DNA of 64,000 nucleotides from Octopus sinensis (Eukaryota). Shown here in pieces: positions 49,840 to 64,000 of this stretch (position 1 is the first letter of the stretch; every line of letters begins with the position of its first letter). The stretch covers positions 132,556,001-132,620,000 of the forward strand of contig NC_042999.1 in NCBI RefSeq assembly GCF_006345805.1. The letters are read 5' to 3'. Below the pieces are notes generated by a model. The model made no database searches. It was not told the DNA's origin and saw only the letters and a program-made list of their open reading frames with translations. The position numbers were made by a program, and so were the translations under genes.

Positions 49840-50279
49840 AAAGTGAGAAAGAAAAAGAAAGAAGAAGAGAAGGAACTCCGGCAAAAAGCAATTTGCCCGT
49901 CGAGCTAATGAGAGCATGTTGCATCAACTACGGTGAATACTAACTGTCGTGCGAACCTGCATTGTCAGCGTGCGTAAGAAGTTAAAGAAGAGGTTCATAA
50001 CATAGATTAGCTTCTAAAAGGGCTTGTGCCTTATCTTACCGAGATATATTACTCTGGGGTCAGCCGTATCTTGTCAGGACAATCCATCAACGTGACTTCC
50101 TCGGGTTTTCTCACTATCAGCCGCTATCAATAACATTCACTCTTTCAGTTCGCACCCTTCTGTCTCTTTCTCACTGTTCCTCTCTTTCCTCACTTCTCTC
50201 TTACTCTCTCTCTTACTCTCACTCTTACAGCATGTTTATTCACACACTTTCACTTTCCCATCTCTCTCTCTCTTCCCCC

Positions 50280-50320
<41 letters not shown>

Positions 50321-50654
50321 CTCTCTCCCTCCAGCATCCATTTCCGAAACACTCTTGTTTATTATTTTTTTGTTACTAATGTGTAGGTTACACACACACT
50401 CGCACACGCACGTACACACACATAAACGCGAGCGCGCGCGCACCCCCCCCCACAAATACACACATTGTAGACACATAAGAGGGAGCATCAAAATTACGTG
50501 TATGTGTATAAACATATATATTAGCCCACATAGTTAAATATTTATTTATTACATATACACATATACATATATATACATCTATACATATACTTATATATAC
50601 ATATATATATATATACATGCATATATATTTCTATATCTATATATGTATACATAC

Positions 50655-50713
<59 letters not shown>

Positions 50714-52421
50714 TATATATATATATACACGCATACCAACAACACACGCACAGATACACACATGTATTTATGCATGTGTGTATGTATTGATGTATACACG
50801 TGTATATACACATTCTTACTAGTTTTAGGTTCACTTCCTTCATCTGCTTCCATTAACGACAAAACAAGGAAATGTATTTTATTACACGTTTTTTTCCTAC
50901 GCACACACACACACACACACCACACACACACACACACATACACACACACAGAGGAGAGTTGAGAATGAGAGCGACTTTGGCCTCTAGCTACTTTGGCCTC
51001 TAGCTACTATGGCTTCTAGCTACTTAATCATCCCGTAAGCCTGTCGTTCTTCTGTATTTATTTTATGTGTTTATTTGATTATTCTAAAACAAACTGGTCA
51101 GTCTAGTATTTCTGTTGGTCATCATATCTTACATTCTCTTTTAAAATCGATTTTCTCTAGAACTTTCATTTTTTTCTCATCGGTGTTCCTAGTCATTTTG
51201 ACTGCAGTCATATTTACTGACCATTCCAGTCCTTATCAGATAATATCATATTCATTTTAGATACCAAACCAACTCCTTTGAAAAAACTGCATAATCAATC
51301 TACTTATTGGCTTTATTTATTAGTATTGTAACATAGTCGTGTTACTGGTTATTAGTTCTTTAGATTCTCTTGTGTCGTATTCTCTCCAAAAATTTGTTTA
51401 TCCATAGTTTGGTCTCTATAGAGATCAATTTGTTAGTGCCAGAATATCAAGGAGACATTGCAAGTGAGAGGTATGAACTGATAACCAGCTAGGAATTATA
51501 TGCAGTATTTGTTGGCTGCTTACGAAGGGGTGCTGAAAAGTTCTTGACTTTGGGTAAAAGAAAATGCAGGGGTATCAGTTAATTATGATTTTATTCGACA
51601 TAGGTGCAGGCGTGGCTGTGTGGTATGAAGTTTGCTTCCCAACCACATGGTTTCGGGTTCAGTCCTACAGCGTGGCAACTTGGGTGAGTGTCTTTCTACT
51701 TTGTACTTTGTATTTGGCCTTGTGAGCGGATTTAGTAGACGGGGAAGCCCGTCCTTTGTATGTATATAGTGTTGAGTTTTGCTGAACGACAGGCAGAAAT
51801 GACTTGTTTATGGTGATCAAATATATATATATTTGTGTGTGTGTGTGTGTATATATATATTTTATTGATCTTGCCTGTACGGCTGGTATTCGCTGCCACT
51901 AGTGATGGCATTTTGATAGTACAATCACTCTCATATTAACTAATATATATATATATATATATATACAAAGTAAGATAGGGGTTATGGGTGTAACCCACTA
52001 TGGGATAGTATTTATCCAATATACTGTTGGTAAGGTACCCAGATTCTTAATACATAAATGTTTTTAATTGCAATGCAATCGACTCGTTTATTGTATTAAA
52101 CGGGTGAAGGTAAAGAAATATTTTTACCGTAAATTTATAATACAAATAAGAAATATATATTATTACTTTTATAATTTGTATTCTTATCTTATATGTATTG
52201 AATTATAAGATATATATGTATGCTATTGAGGTTCTCATTTTGTTAAATGAATAAATAATCAACATTCTAATATCCGAAAGTTGATGAACAAACCAAATTT
52301 TTTTCTCCATTTTCTTATTTGCATTGATAGTGTATGTGTGCGTATGTATATATTATATATAATATATTATATATATTATATATATGATATATATATATAT
52401 ATATAAAGAGAAAAAGAGAAA

Positions 52422-52473
<52 letters not shown>

Positions 52474-53424
52474 CATATGTATACATATATATATATACAT
52501 ATATATACATATATATATACATACATATACATACACACAAATACACTATCAATGCACTCCGGCGTTGCCCGAATGTTATGACCTACAGCCACATTGTATT
52601 ATTTATTCCTTTCTTATGGCCAAAATCTGCACACAAAGAAGTATGAAACAAACAACTCTTCTTTATAAACATGTTTTTCAGTCATTTTCTGATGAACAAC
52701 GCTGCAGTTTCCGCCTACCAAATTCAGTCACCAGTCTGTGATTGCTGAAAACACTTGCCCAAGGTACCATGCAGAGGGACCGAATGTGGGACCACGTAGT
52801 TGGGAAGCAAACTTCTCAATTACACAGTCATTCTTGCACCTAATATGTGTTTGTGTGTTTACATTTGTTGTTAGATCAAGTATTGTGTCCCAGTATGTCT
52901 CAAAGTAAGCAATTCATCAAGCAGAGATCTACAAAATAAATGCCAGATTGAAATACTACTGATGTCAGTATGATCATTTAAATTTTTAAAGTGATACCCC
53001 ATTATGGCGACAGTCGAAAGACATAAACCCAGTAAAATAATGTTTTTCAAATTTAAGTTAATGGATTACTAATCACAAGATAATGAGTTGAAAACTTCGT
53101 ATTGAACTTCCATACTATACGTTAACATATGCACATCTCAGCCTGCTTGACTTCCAACAGAATGGTAAGCAGTAAAAAAGATGTTCGGATTTTTAAAAAA
53201 ATTATTGTGCAAAATATTCTGAGAAAAAACAGTGTTTTCACAACAAACACACACACACACACACACACACACCACACACACACACACACACACAGAGGTG
53301 TCTTTGTGGTAACTTGGGCTACTACAAATAGCAGCGAAATATTTCTTAAAACACATCCTTCATCAAAAGAAAGACATACATTCACAGTATTTCAGGAGGT
53401 GGGGACCTATGCGATGGGTCTGCT

Positions 53425-53760
53425 ACATTAGCGGCAACTCTGGGCTAAACAAAGCACAGACAAACATACTTCACATCAAAAGATTATCCACATGGTAAAA
53501 CTCCATGTATTTAAAACATTTTGTTATTGTGCTCTATTTAAGACAAAGATTGTTCAGGTAGTGTTGCGTCCCTTAGCTAAAGACCACAAAATTGTGCGAC
53601 CCGGCCTCGTTTTCGGGGTTATTTTTGTAGTAAAAGAAATTTGTTGTGCAAAAAACATACTTTATTTGGTAACCGAAATATCTTTTGAGGTATCTTTTGA
53701 TACCTCATACGTCAAAATCGGCTACTCAGTTTTCAAATCCATAAGGAGCATACGAACACA

Positions 53761-53815
<55 letters not shown>

Positions 53816-53837
53816 CTCTGTTTTATTATATAAGATA
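53425..53837 (-). mobile_element. Helitron-like non-autonomous element; another 5' end at 55070 (+) and a 3'-end relic at about 52545-52600 (-)
   Basis: The minus strand starts TCTTATATAATAAAACAGAG then (TG)n; the far end is a degenerate GCCGCTAA. Confidence 0.55.
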
Positions 53838-54456
53838 TATTTCTTCGACTTAAACCCTTTAAGGCCGTGCTGCAGCATGGCCCCAGTCAAATGACTAAAA
53901 CAAGTTAAAGAATAAAAGAATATATGTAAATGAAAGTGAGCTAAGAATCAAGAGACTCTGGGTTACTTTTCTTCTCTACTTTTCTTTTAAATATTCGAAT
54001 GGCATTATAAAATAAATGATTTCTTATCTATTTGTATACATGTGTCCCGTCTGCTGATTCAACCTGAGTATGTTGTGCTGATGACGTCTATTGAGGCAGA
54101 AAAGTGTGTCACAGCTGTTGTCTTGTCTCTTGACAATCAGATTGACATGTGTCTTGCTTAATTTTACACTTTGTTTTTTTGCTGAAGTTTTTTCTTGAGA
54201 AAACATTCTTCGTGGAAAATGGCGATTTTGACGTCTATATCTAGCATACAGGTTATCCACTTTTAGTGGTCAGTCCTCTAAAATTTGGTATATATATATA
54301 TTTTATAGAGAGAGAGTGAGAGAGAGAGAGAGAGGAGAAGAGAGAGAGAGAGAGAGAGAGAGGCAGAGGCAGAATGACAGACAGTCAGTCAGTAATTAGA
54401 TAGATAAATAAATAGCTGGATAGTAGATAGGTGAATACTTAGACAGACAGACAGAC

Positions 54457-54517
<61 letters not shown>

Positions 54518-54989
54518 TGTACAAACATACACATTTTGGACTGTACATTACCTCATGTGCCTCCATAAAATCGATGTTGCCTGGGCATTTCCACAGTTTT
54601 CCACACCTTAAGTATCGAAGTGATCACAGACCAACGTTAGATGAAGTGATTTGCTACGTATCACCCGGTCTAGGAATTCAAACCATGCATAACCTCACGC
54701 TCTTGAGTGCAACACCCTAACCACTAGGTCTTGCGACCTCAAATATAACAAAAGTTGGGAAGCCAAGTTTTCAGTAGTTGTTTTCTCCGAATTTAGCTGA
54801 GCCAATTTTTAAAACATTAAGCTGACTATACAATGGGTACTATATCACTTTGAACTTTATTAACAAGCTCGACCAGAACAAAGGGATACACGCGTACTCG
54901 CGCGCGCACACACACACACAAGCATCATACATACATACACACATACATACATACATACATACATACATACATACATGCATACATACATG

Positions 54990-55037
<48 letters not shown>

Positions 55038-56239
55038 ATATATATATATATAATATATATATATATATAAAACTGAGAATGTGTGTGCGTGTCCGTCTGT
55101 ATCCCTAAAACTTGAGAACTACACAACCAATTTCATTCAAATCTTACACATACCTTACTTAGGGTCCATGTAGTTTCATGGGCAAAAGAAAATGTTCAAC
55201 TTCTTGCCTAGGGCGAGCCCATAGCAATATCATATCTTCTCCACTATTTCAGTATTACGTGTTAAAAGTGAAACAAAAACATTTCTCTATTTTATGTCAG
55301 ATACTTTCATTTTAACAATCAAAATTAGAGATAATAATAACAATTGAATTATATGTAGTAAGTAATAATTAAAATCAAACTAAAGTATAATATAATCGTA
55401 ACATAACAAAAGTAAAAATAGCAATTGGTATAAAATTGCATCAATGACTTGAACTTGAATAAGTGGTTTCACATGAATGGGAATAAATTAAAAATAAAAT
55501 TAGTGTGCAGAAATAGAATAGTCCAGATGGAGCTGTGCATATACCGTTTACCACGGCTTTTACATTAGATTATCTGCTAATTAGCTAGCATTAAGTATCT
55601 ATATGAAGTTTGGCTATATATAATGTCTGTTTTTTCGAACAGCCGCCTCTACTGAGAACTGCTGTTGGTTTATTTCTTATACATAAAGGACTATAGGTTC
55701 AACTGCGTACTGCTTTTTGATTCATCGTAAAGGTTTGTTGTTATTATTATTACTGTTTAACTATTGTTATCACGTTTGTTGGTTCCTCGTAAGGCAAACG
55801 TTGTTGTATTGCATTTGTTAAATAATTGTAAACTGTAACCCTCCCCTTTTGGGAGAAGGAGCTTTGGTTATTGTTTAAAAATTGAATTGTGTCCCTGTTT
55901 GGGGAAATTGACAATATTTTTCCCGTTTATACGGAAGCATTTTTGTTAGAATGCCTTCGATAGAAGAAAGTCCAAAAATGCAGCCGTCGGCGGGCGCGAA
56001 CTTATTAAAATTAAAATGGAAGAAATACAAACCTATTTCGGATTGATCACCGACAAAGACGGCGAATCTAAGATAACACCACCAGACGAAATAAAGAATT
56101 AAATTAAAGAAAATACTATTGTCTATAATGTATACAATGTAGAGAAAAAAAAAAGATTTGAACACCTGGAGGAAAGCACCATCGAAAGTGTCTTGGTGCG
56201 ACTATGAAAGATATCTAACCAGAAGCGGTTATTGAAATT

Positions 56240-57215
56240 TAATCGTCAATATACTTTCCCTGATTATCTATGACTTTCTTCCATCTATTTACAAGCTTTT
56301 TAATCCCATCAATGTAAAACTCTTTTGGTTTCAAAGCGAAGAACTCTGGAATATCAGTTTCGACTTCTTCCTGGCTTGCGAAAGTGATGTTCCCTAAATG
56401 ATTCTGTAAACTACGAAATAAATGGTAGTCTGAAGGAGCAAGGTCGGGAGAATAAGGTGGATGAGGAATTATTTTGCAACCAAGCTCTTCGATCTTCTGT
56501 GATGTGAGCTTTGCAGCGTAGGGTCGTGCATTGTCCTAATGGAACATCACTCTCTTTCGATTCGCTAAATCAGGTCTTTTTTTCTTCAAAGCTTGGTTCA
56601 AACGCTCTAATTGCTGATAGTAGACTTGAGCATTGATTGTTGCATTAGGTGATAACAATTCGAAGTGAATTACTCCTTTGCAATCCCACCAGATAGAGAG
56701 AAACTATTTTCCATGAAGTTCTCTTCTCAGTTGTGGTTGAGCTTTTTCCCTCTTACCAAGCCACTGTTTACGACATTTAAAATTTCGATAGAAGATCCAT
56801 TTTTCGTCACCAGTCACAAGTCTATCCCAAAAGGGTTAAATGAGTTCGCGAGAATGAAGAGAAGAGCAGATGTCAACTCGGGATTTGCGGTTGCTTTCGG
56901 ACAATTCATAAGGTACCCATTTTCTGAGTTTAGGAACCTTTCCAAGTTGTTGAAGATAATGCAGGATTTTCTTCAAGTAATAACTCAAGCATCTTATCAT
57001 CAAACTCAACTGGACGTCCTGTTCGATCTTAATCTTCAAGGCTGAACTCTCCACTTCTGAATTTTGTAAACCATCTTCTGCAAGTTCTTTCATTCAAGCA
57101 TTCTTTCTCATAAACTGAGTGTATGTTTCGAGTCGGTTCGGCTGCAGAGTTTCCTTTCTTGTACCCATAAAGCATTATGTGCCGCAAATGCTCTTTGGAT
57201 ACTTCCATGTTAGAA
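56240..57215 (-). mobile_element. mariner transposase pseudogene, near full length
   Basis: MEVSKEHLRHIMLY..ERTCRRWF.KFRSG, KWVPYELS, LVTGDEKWIFY, DNARP, PHPPYSPDLAPSDYHLFRSLQNHL. Confidence 0.92.
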
Positions 57216-57344
57216 AGGGTTTTAATCAAAGAAATTTTAATTCTATTATTCTGTAAAATAATATTTAATTAGTTTAAATGTACACAAATGCACAAAAATA
57301 AATTTTAATTCTATAAATAAATTTTAATTAAGAACTCAAAAACA

Positions 57345-58055
57345 CCCTAATGACAGACATTACCCAGCTCAACTCATAGGGATGGGATCCAGACGTGCAA
57401 CAGAAATCAAGATAGAAACTTTAAGAAAAGTTCAACACAACAACACACCTTCCTCCCTCGAAAATACTACCTTACATATCTACATACACCCCAGAAACAA
57501 AGAAGCCTTCACCATCAGCACCCAGAATTTACCAATCTTCATAAAAACCCAAAATTAAAGAATTCTAAACATACACAAATCATTAAAAGCTACAAACAGC
57601 CTAAATCACTTAAAAGATTCTCACAAAGGCAAAATTGTCTTCCTAAAATTAACGGATGCAAAAGTAAAAAATGTGGTAGATCGAACTGTGCAACATGTCC
57701 TAACCTATTGGAAGGATCAGAATTCTTCTTAAAGAGGGCAGAAAATTCAAATCAAATCTAACTTTACTTGTGCCTCTGAAAACATAATTTATGTTATTAA
57801 ATGCTCGGGCTGCCACCAAGACTACGTGGTTCCACGGACTATCACTCAGGCGTAGATGCACACTGCATCGACAACAGATTGCATTCCCAGAATATAGAAT
57901 GATACCTTTTAGTGAGCACATTGAGAAATGCGCAAAGCAACTACTGCCACAATTTTTAATCTTCCCATTTTACCCATGTGCTTTCGGATCATCACACAAA
58001 TGAGACTGAACAAGTAAACATTCTTCATTGAAAAGTACAAACCCAACTCAACCAT
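57345..58055 (+). mobile_element. Penelope-like element relic (linker plus GIY-YIG endonuclease)
   Basis: KCGRSNCATCPNLLEG, FTCASENIIYVIKCSGCHQDYV, LHRQQI..SEHI..FLIFPFY, FFIEKYKP. Confidence 0.85.
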
Positions 58056-58483
58056 CCGAACATACTGACACAGAGAATTAACAAGGAAAAGGGAAAAAAA
58101 ATTTTTAAGCGATTATCCTCCCTTACAACCGGAAGAAATCACTCACACCTACCTCCCCTTATTTAGAAATCTCCTGGAAATAAACACAACGATAAACTCC
58201 ATGCAATAATAAACATAAACGTCACAAGAATTTGAAATGCTACACGCGAAACCGTAATTTCTTTAAAAATTTTAAAATTATGTCATTTTAAAAGGAAAGG
58301 AAAAAAAATTTTCCAATATTCTCCAGACATTTTGACACAAATATATATATTTTTAACATTTAAGCCTTCTGTCGTTTTTTTTTCACACTTTATTACTATT
58401 TTCTTATATATTCACCCACGTGCTTTACCAAACAAACTTTCTTATCTATATATATATATACTGTATATATATATATGTATATA

Positions 58484-59018
58484 TAGAGCGGGGGATCCAA
58501 AAGTAACCAGAAGCGTTCTCTGTGGGACAAGCCCGTTGTAGTTCAGGCTTCCGCCGCTAGAAGCCCCATGATGCGACTCTCAGTCATTAGTCTCATCTTG
58601 GAGGACCGTCACCGGACAATTTATGAACTTGATGACATGACTGGTGTGAATTTTGAGCGAGGAATTGCGAATGAAAAGAGTTGCAGCAAATTCTGTGCCT
58701 CACTTGCTCACGGAAGATCAAAAGGCGGTCACGACTAAATGCGTTGGAAATTCATCTGGACCTTTTTCGAAGGTCATCACTGATAATGAAAGCTGGTACT
58801 ACGGAATTTGCAGATGTGGAAGAGGTGACAAAAAAAAAAAGTAGAACGGCGGAGGCGTTAAAAGTAATCACTTCGCAAGAGCTCCATCACTCTTTAGAAC
58901 AGTGGAAAACGTTCTTCAAATGGAGAATACCTTAGAGGCGATAAATGTGTAAACATTTAAAACTAAGTGTATAAAATAATATTGCAAACTTACAGTTTCT
59001 TTTGGGTGCCCCCTCGTA
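58484..59018 (+). mobile_element. Internally deleted mariner element with TIRs
   Basis: Ends TAGAGCGGGGGATCCAAAAGTAAC and GTTTCTTTTGGGTGCCCCCTCGTA; internal MKRVAANSVPHLLTEDQK..VITDNESW. Confidence 0.8.
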
Positions 59019-59289
59019 TGTATATATATATATGTAAACTGCGGACAATTGGATTATATAAGTAATTCTTTTGTTAATATTTGAAACCGCCGGTATGTGA
59101 TTAATTCCGTTTTTTTTTATATAATTTTCATTTGTCTTGCCCGCCTAATTGTTCTGGTGTCCGCTGAATTTCCCTCTAGAAAACATTCTTTGTAGTTTGA
59201 TCGTTGGTGATCTATTTCTAGCATACGGCCGACTACCTAGCGGTCTTGCCCTTTGAATATACATATATATATGTATATTCCATTAACTT

Positions 59290-60405
59290 CCATTAACACG
59301 CAAATAGTGAGCGGTGTTCCGCAGGGCACTGTTTTGGGACCACTACTGTTCATAATGGCCCTCTCAGACATGCCCTCAGCCACGCAGAGAGCCACGATCA
59401 CAAGTTATGCAGATGATACAAAAGTTTCACAGGCAATACAGAACCCTGAGGACACTAAACGCCTGCAATGTGAGCTGGACAAAATATACAAGTGGGCTGA
59501 AAAGAACAGCATGCAGTTCAATGCTGAAAAGTTTCAAGCTTTATATTATCAGCATGCAAAACTAAATGCAATACCCAATGAATACACTGGACCCGGAGGA
59601 ATTGCAATCCCAGAGGCACAATCAGTGCGTGACCTGGGTATTTACATGAGTGATGACGCAACCTTTCGTGTACATGTTGCTAAATTGGCAATGCAATGTA
59701 GACGACTGGCCGGATGGATTCTCAGAACCTTTAGAACAAGAGAACAAGAAACCATGATGGTCCTCTGGAGGACACTTGTCCTAAGCCACTTTGACTATTG
59801 CTCTCAGCTATGGTCACCATCCAGTGTCAAGTTGATCACAGAACTTGAGGCGATTCAACGTAGCTACACGAAGAAGATAGCCTCTGTGCAGAATATAAGC
59901 TACTGGGAAATACTCAAGAGATTAAAACTCTATTCCTTGGAGCGTAGGCGAGAAAGATATGCCATAATATACATCTGGAAGATCCTGGAGGGACTTGTCC
60001 CAAACTTTGGCATCGAGAGTTACACAAATGCCAGAACCGGGCGTCACTGCGTGGTGCCAAGGACTCCAAATTTGCCATCAAGATGTAGGACAAGATACTG
60101 TGATAGCCTGGGCTTCCGAGGCCCACAGCTCCTCAATATCCTCCCGAAGAACCTAAGAGACCTGCATGGGGTGGATGCAGATGTCTTTAAAATGAAACTG
60201 GATCTCTTCTTGTCAGGTATCCCAGATGAACCAACTTCACAGTAGGAGGTGCGGATGAGGGCAGCTGCATCGAACTCTCTCATGCACCAAATGGCAGTTG
60301 CTAAAAAGCATTTGTGAAGTAAAACCATGTAGCAACACCAAATGGCGGTGCCCCAGCATGGCCACAGCTCGTGAGCTGAAACTAGAATCAATCAATCAAT
60401 CAATC
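59290..60405 (+). mobile_element. 5'-truncated CR1-group LINE: open RT C-terminal ORF to 60245, 3' UTR and (ATCA)n tail
   Basis: SGVPQGTVLGPLLF, YADDTK, VRDLG, WILRTF, DYCSQLWSP, YSLERRR, IPDEP*. There are no internal stops over about 320 codons. Confidence 0.92.
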
Positions 60406-60751
60406 ATATATATATATATATAGAAGCAATACCTATATATATTTACATACACATATTTTTATACGTAGATACGCTTGTAAGCACTTCAGTGCTTGCGTCC
60501 TCCGATACCTTTTTCTCCCCTCTCCTTCCACACTCACTACTATTGTCCTCTACAGCCTCATACGTCACTCGACTGAAATATTATCTTCCATTTAAAGTTT
60601 CTTCTGAAGAATATTTAGTGTTACAACCAAAATTTATCAGCATCTGCTGTTCACCACCTTCACCACTGTCTCAAGTTTCCCATCATATAGAAGCCATATT
60701 TTGAGAATTTATCTACCACTGACAGTTCCACCTGAATATATATATATATAT

Positions 60752-60800
<49 letters not shown>

Positions 60801-60841
60801 ATATATACATACATACATATATACATATATATACATATATA

Positions 60842-60873
<32 letters not shown>

Positions 60874-60919
60874 CATATATATACATATATAATATATATA
60901 TATATACATACATACATAC

Positions 60920-60978
<59 letters not shown>

Positions 60979-61188
60979 AACATGTATATATATGTATACA
61001 TATATATGTGTACATATGTATGTAAATGTGTGTCTTTTTATAAAAAAATATGGAAAAAATGAGAAAATAAGAGAGAAAGAGTGAATAGAAACTTCTGTGA
61101 GTTATTTATTGTTATTGTTATTATTATTACTATAAAAAAATATAGAAACGATTATTATTTTTATCCTTATATTTAGAATAATTTTAAA

Positions 61189-61235
<47 letters not shown>

Positions 61236-61238
61236 TAA

Positions 61239-61269
<31 letters not shown>

Positions 61270-61428
61270 AGTAATATTAATAATAATAATAATAATGATA
61301 ATAATAATAATAATCACAACATTGCTGTTGTTGTTGCTGTTATTGTTGTTGTTCTTATTTTATTATTACACACTTTATTTTCACTTTATTATTTTTTTTA
61401 AATATACTTAGACACATATATGTATACT

Positions 61429-61563
<135 letters not shown>

Positions 61564-61592
61564 CTGTCTGTCCGTCTGTCTATCTATCTATC

Positions 61593-61634
<42 letters not shown>

Positions 61635-61643
61635 CCTACCTAC

Positions 61644-61692
<49 letters not shown>

Positions 61693-61759
61693 ATCTATCT
61701 ATCTATCTATATATATATATATATTATACAGATATATATATATACATATATATCTATAT

Positions 61760-61794
<35 letters not shown>

Positions 61795-63085
61795 ATACAT
61801 ACATACATATATATATACATATATATATATATACAAACATATATATAATATATATATACATACATATGTATATAATATATATATATATACACACACACAC
61901 GCGCACACATACACATACATATGTTAAACCATTGGATAGAAACAATGATAGCTTTCTGTCACACTGAATCCGTTTTATAGTTTGAACCGCCGATACAGAA
62001 TTATTTTGCAAATATTGAGTTGGTGTGAATTATTGGCAAGAACAAGGTAAGCGACGAATCTGACAATGTTCAAAATCGGACTTGAAGAGGTGGTGGTGGT
62101 GGTGGTGTTGGTGATTTTGACGGTGGAGGTCGAATTGGTTGATGCGGTGTCGGTGGTGCTTGTTGTGTTTGTGGTGGTAGTGGTGGTGGTGGTTGTGGCT
62201 GCATGCAAGCCGACGTCAGTTGGAAACGAGAATAAGATTGATAAGTTATTTTTTCAATGTCTTCATTTTTCTTAAAGCCACCGTTTCTTGTATTCTTCCT
62301 TGTTTTATTGTCTGCATAAAATCTTCCATTTGTCATAAGCAAATAGAAATTGTAAATTACATTTTGCCATAGATATCGATTCTATGTTATGTTGTGGAAT
62401 AGCAATATGGCGGACTATTCCACGCTCGCGCACACATACACACATTCACACATGCGCCGTACTGTTTCTATCTTTCTCTTTTTTGGTCTTATCTTTCTCA
62501 TTCGTATTTACAGATACACTCTCACACACAATTACAATCTCAATCACATATACACACACTCACGTACACACACACTCCTAAACACAAACTCACACACACA
62601 CGCAAACACACACACAAACACACATGCGCACAGGCGCATGTACACATACGTATACACACGCATTCATATATGGTTTCTTCTTGCCCCTGTCTCTCTCTCC
62701 GTGAATCATTCACATTTACATACTCATACATACGGACACACACACACACACATACACACGCACTCTCCTATGCATATGCATATATATATATATATACGTA
62801 TACTGACATTCGCTCACATTCACAGACAGGTAGCCCCTCGTCGTCTGCTTAGCACTACACACACACGCGCGCGCACACACATACACACACACACCACACA
62901 TACACACATGCACACACGCTCACACACACGCAATCACACTTGCTCTTCCCTTACCCACTTCGGAATCTGTCTGCTTCTCTCCATCTTTCTTTCAACGACT
63001 GTCCATTTGTGTTTTCTTCTCTCTCTGCTGCACATCTCTGTCTGTATGTGTGTCTGCCCGTCTGTCCATCTCCTCTCTTTCACTG

Positions 63086-63120
<35 letters not shown>

Positions 63121-63344
63121 ATTCAAGTGATCTTATTTTTTCCCGTCCATTTTTTTTTCTCAGGGTGAGTTCAATATCAATGTCTGGTTAGTCTCCTAAC
63201 TACTTCGGTTCGTATTCGATCACGCTTCACGCCTATCTTAGTTAATCTACTTTTTCAAACTCTTGAGCTGACCATTTCCCTTTGAGTGAAATCTCGTTAC
63301 CTAAAGCAATGCGGAGGCATATACAACATACAAACATATATTTT

Positions 63345-63596
63345 TTTTATTCTTTTACATGTTCCAGTCATTTGACTGTGGCCAATCATTTCACTGGAGC
63401 ACCGCCTTAAAGTTTTTAGTCGAAAGAAATCGACCCCAGGACTTATTCTTTTTAAGCCTAGTACTTATTCTATCGGTTCTTTTGCCGAACCACTAAGTTA
63501 TGGGGACAGGAGACAGAAACACATCATCATCGGTTGTCAAGTGAGGTGGGGGGCAAAGACAGACACAAAGACACACTCACATAAATATATATACAT

Positions 63597-63627
<31 letters not shown>

Positions 63628-63792
63628 CGACGGGCTTCTTTCAGTTTCCGTCTATCAAATCCACTCACAAGGCCTTGGTCGGCCCGAGGCAATAGTAGTA
63701 AACACTTGTCCATGGTGCCACGCAGTGGGACTGAACCCGGGACCCAGGACCATGGGGAAGCAAGCTTCTTACCACACAGTCACGCCTGCGCC
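63345..63792 (-). mobile_element. SINE family B, full length; head fragments also at 16605-16750 (-), 51603-51755 (+) and 52700-52845 (-), tail at 53850-53920 (+)
   Basis: Complete head, body and tail match the other copies. Confidence 0.9.
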
Positions 63793-64000
63793 TATATATA
63801 TAGGCAGATATAAGCAATATAAACCTAAAAAGGAAGAATTCAATCATCGCTAATTGTGATTGACGGTGCAGGGTAGCACCTACATTTCTAGAAATAAGAG
63901 GTAAAACCCCACTTAGCTGCAAAGAAGTACAAATATATGTACTGACAGGGGAACTAACCGCCCTAAAGTGAGCAAGATCATCATATTAAAATTCTAGTTT

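Noticed and set aside
50795-50835. Hammerhead-like CAGATGA-AGG..CCT-AAAA-CTAGTA on the minus strand
   Set aside because: It has two core mismatches and no stem I; at best it is a dead relic.
61975-62342. Thr-rich mucin-like and Pro-rich ORFs on the minus strand
   Set aside because: They are explained by a degenerate (GGT/CAC)n repeat, with no domain or splice support.

Overview
AT-rich eukaryotic DNA, saturated with microsatellites and transposon relics, with one 100-N gap (13707-13806). The SINE families and repeat landscape look like an octopus/cephalopod genome; this is an inference. I found no intact host protein-coding gene, tRNA gene, rRNA or CRISPR array, and most ORFs in the supplied track are microsatellite artefacts. 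Recognisable elements: three Penelope-like (PLE) relics, Tx1/L1-clade, CR1-group, RTE and R4/Dong LINE fragments, two main tRNA-derived SINE families, several Helitrons (one with a PIF1-type helicase piece, one next to a ~160-bp tandem array), Tc1/mariner relics, a MITE and a probable DIRS-type tyrosine recombinase relic. The most interesting layer is non-coding. First, there are many minimal hammerhead ribozyme (HHR) motifs, including a tandem pair plus an antisense copy with the C3-G8 core pair swapped to G3-C8. Second, two SINE 3' tails match the 3' ends of LINEs in the same window (one Tx1, one CR1-group). Third, a Tx1 LINE sits inside a (TCTA)n microsatellite. All calls come from reading motifs by eye; no searches were run.
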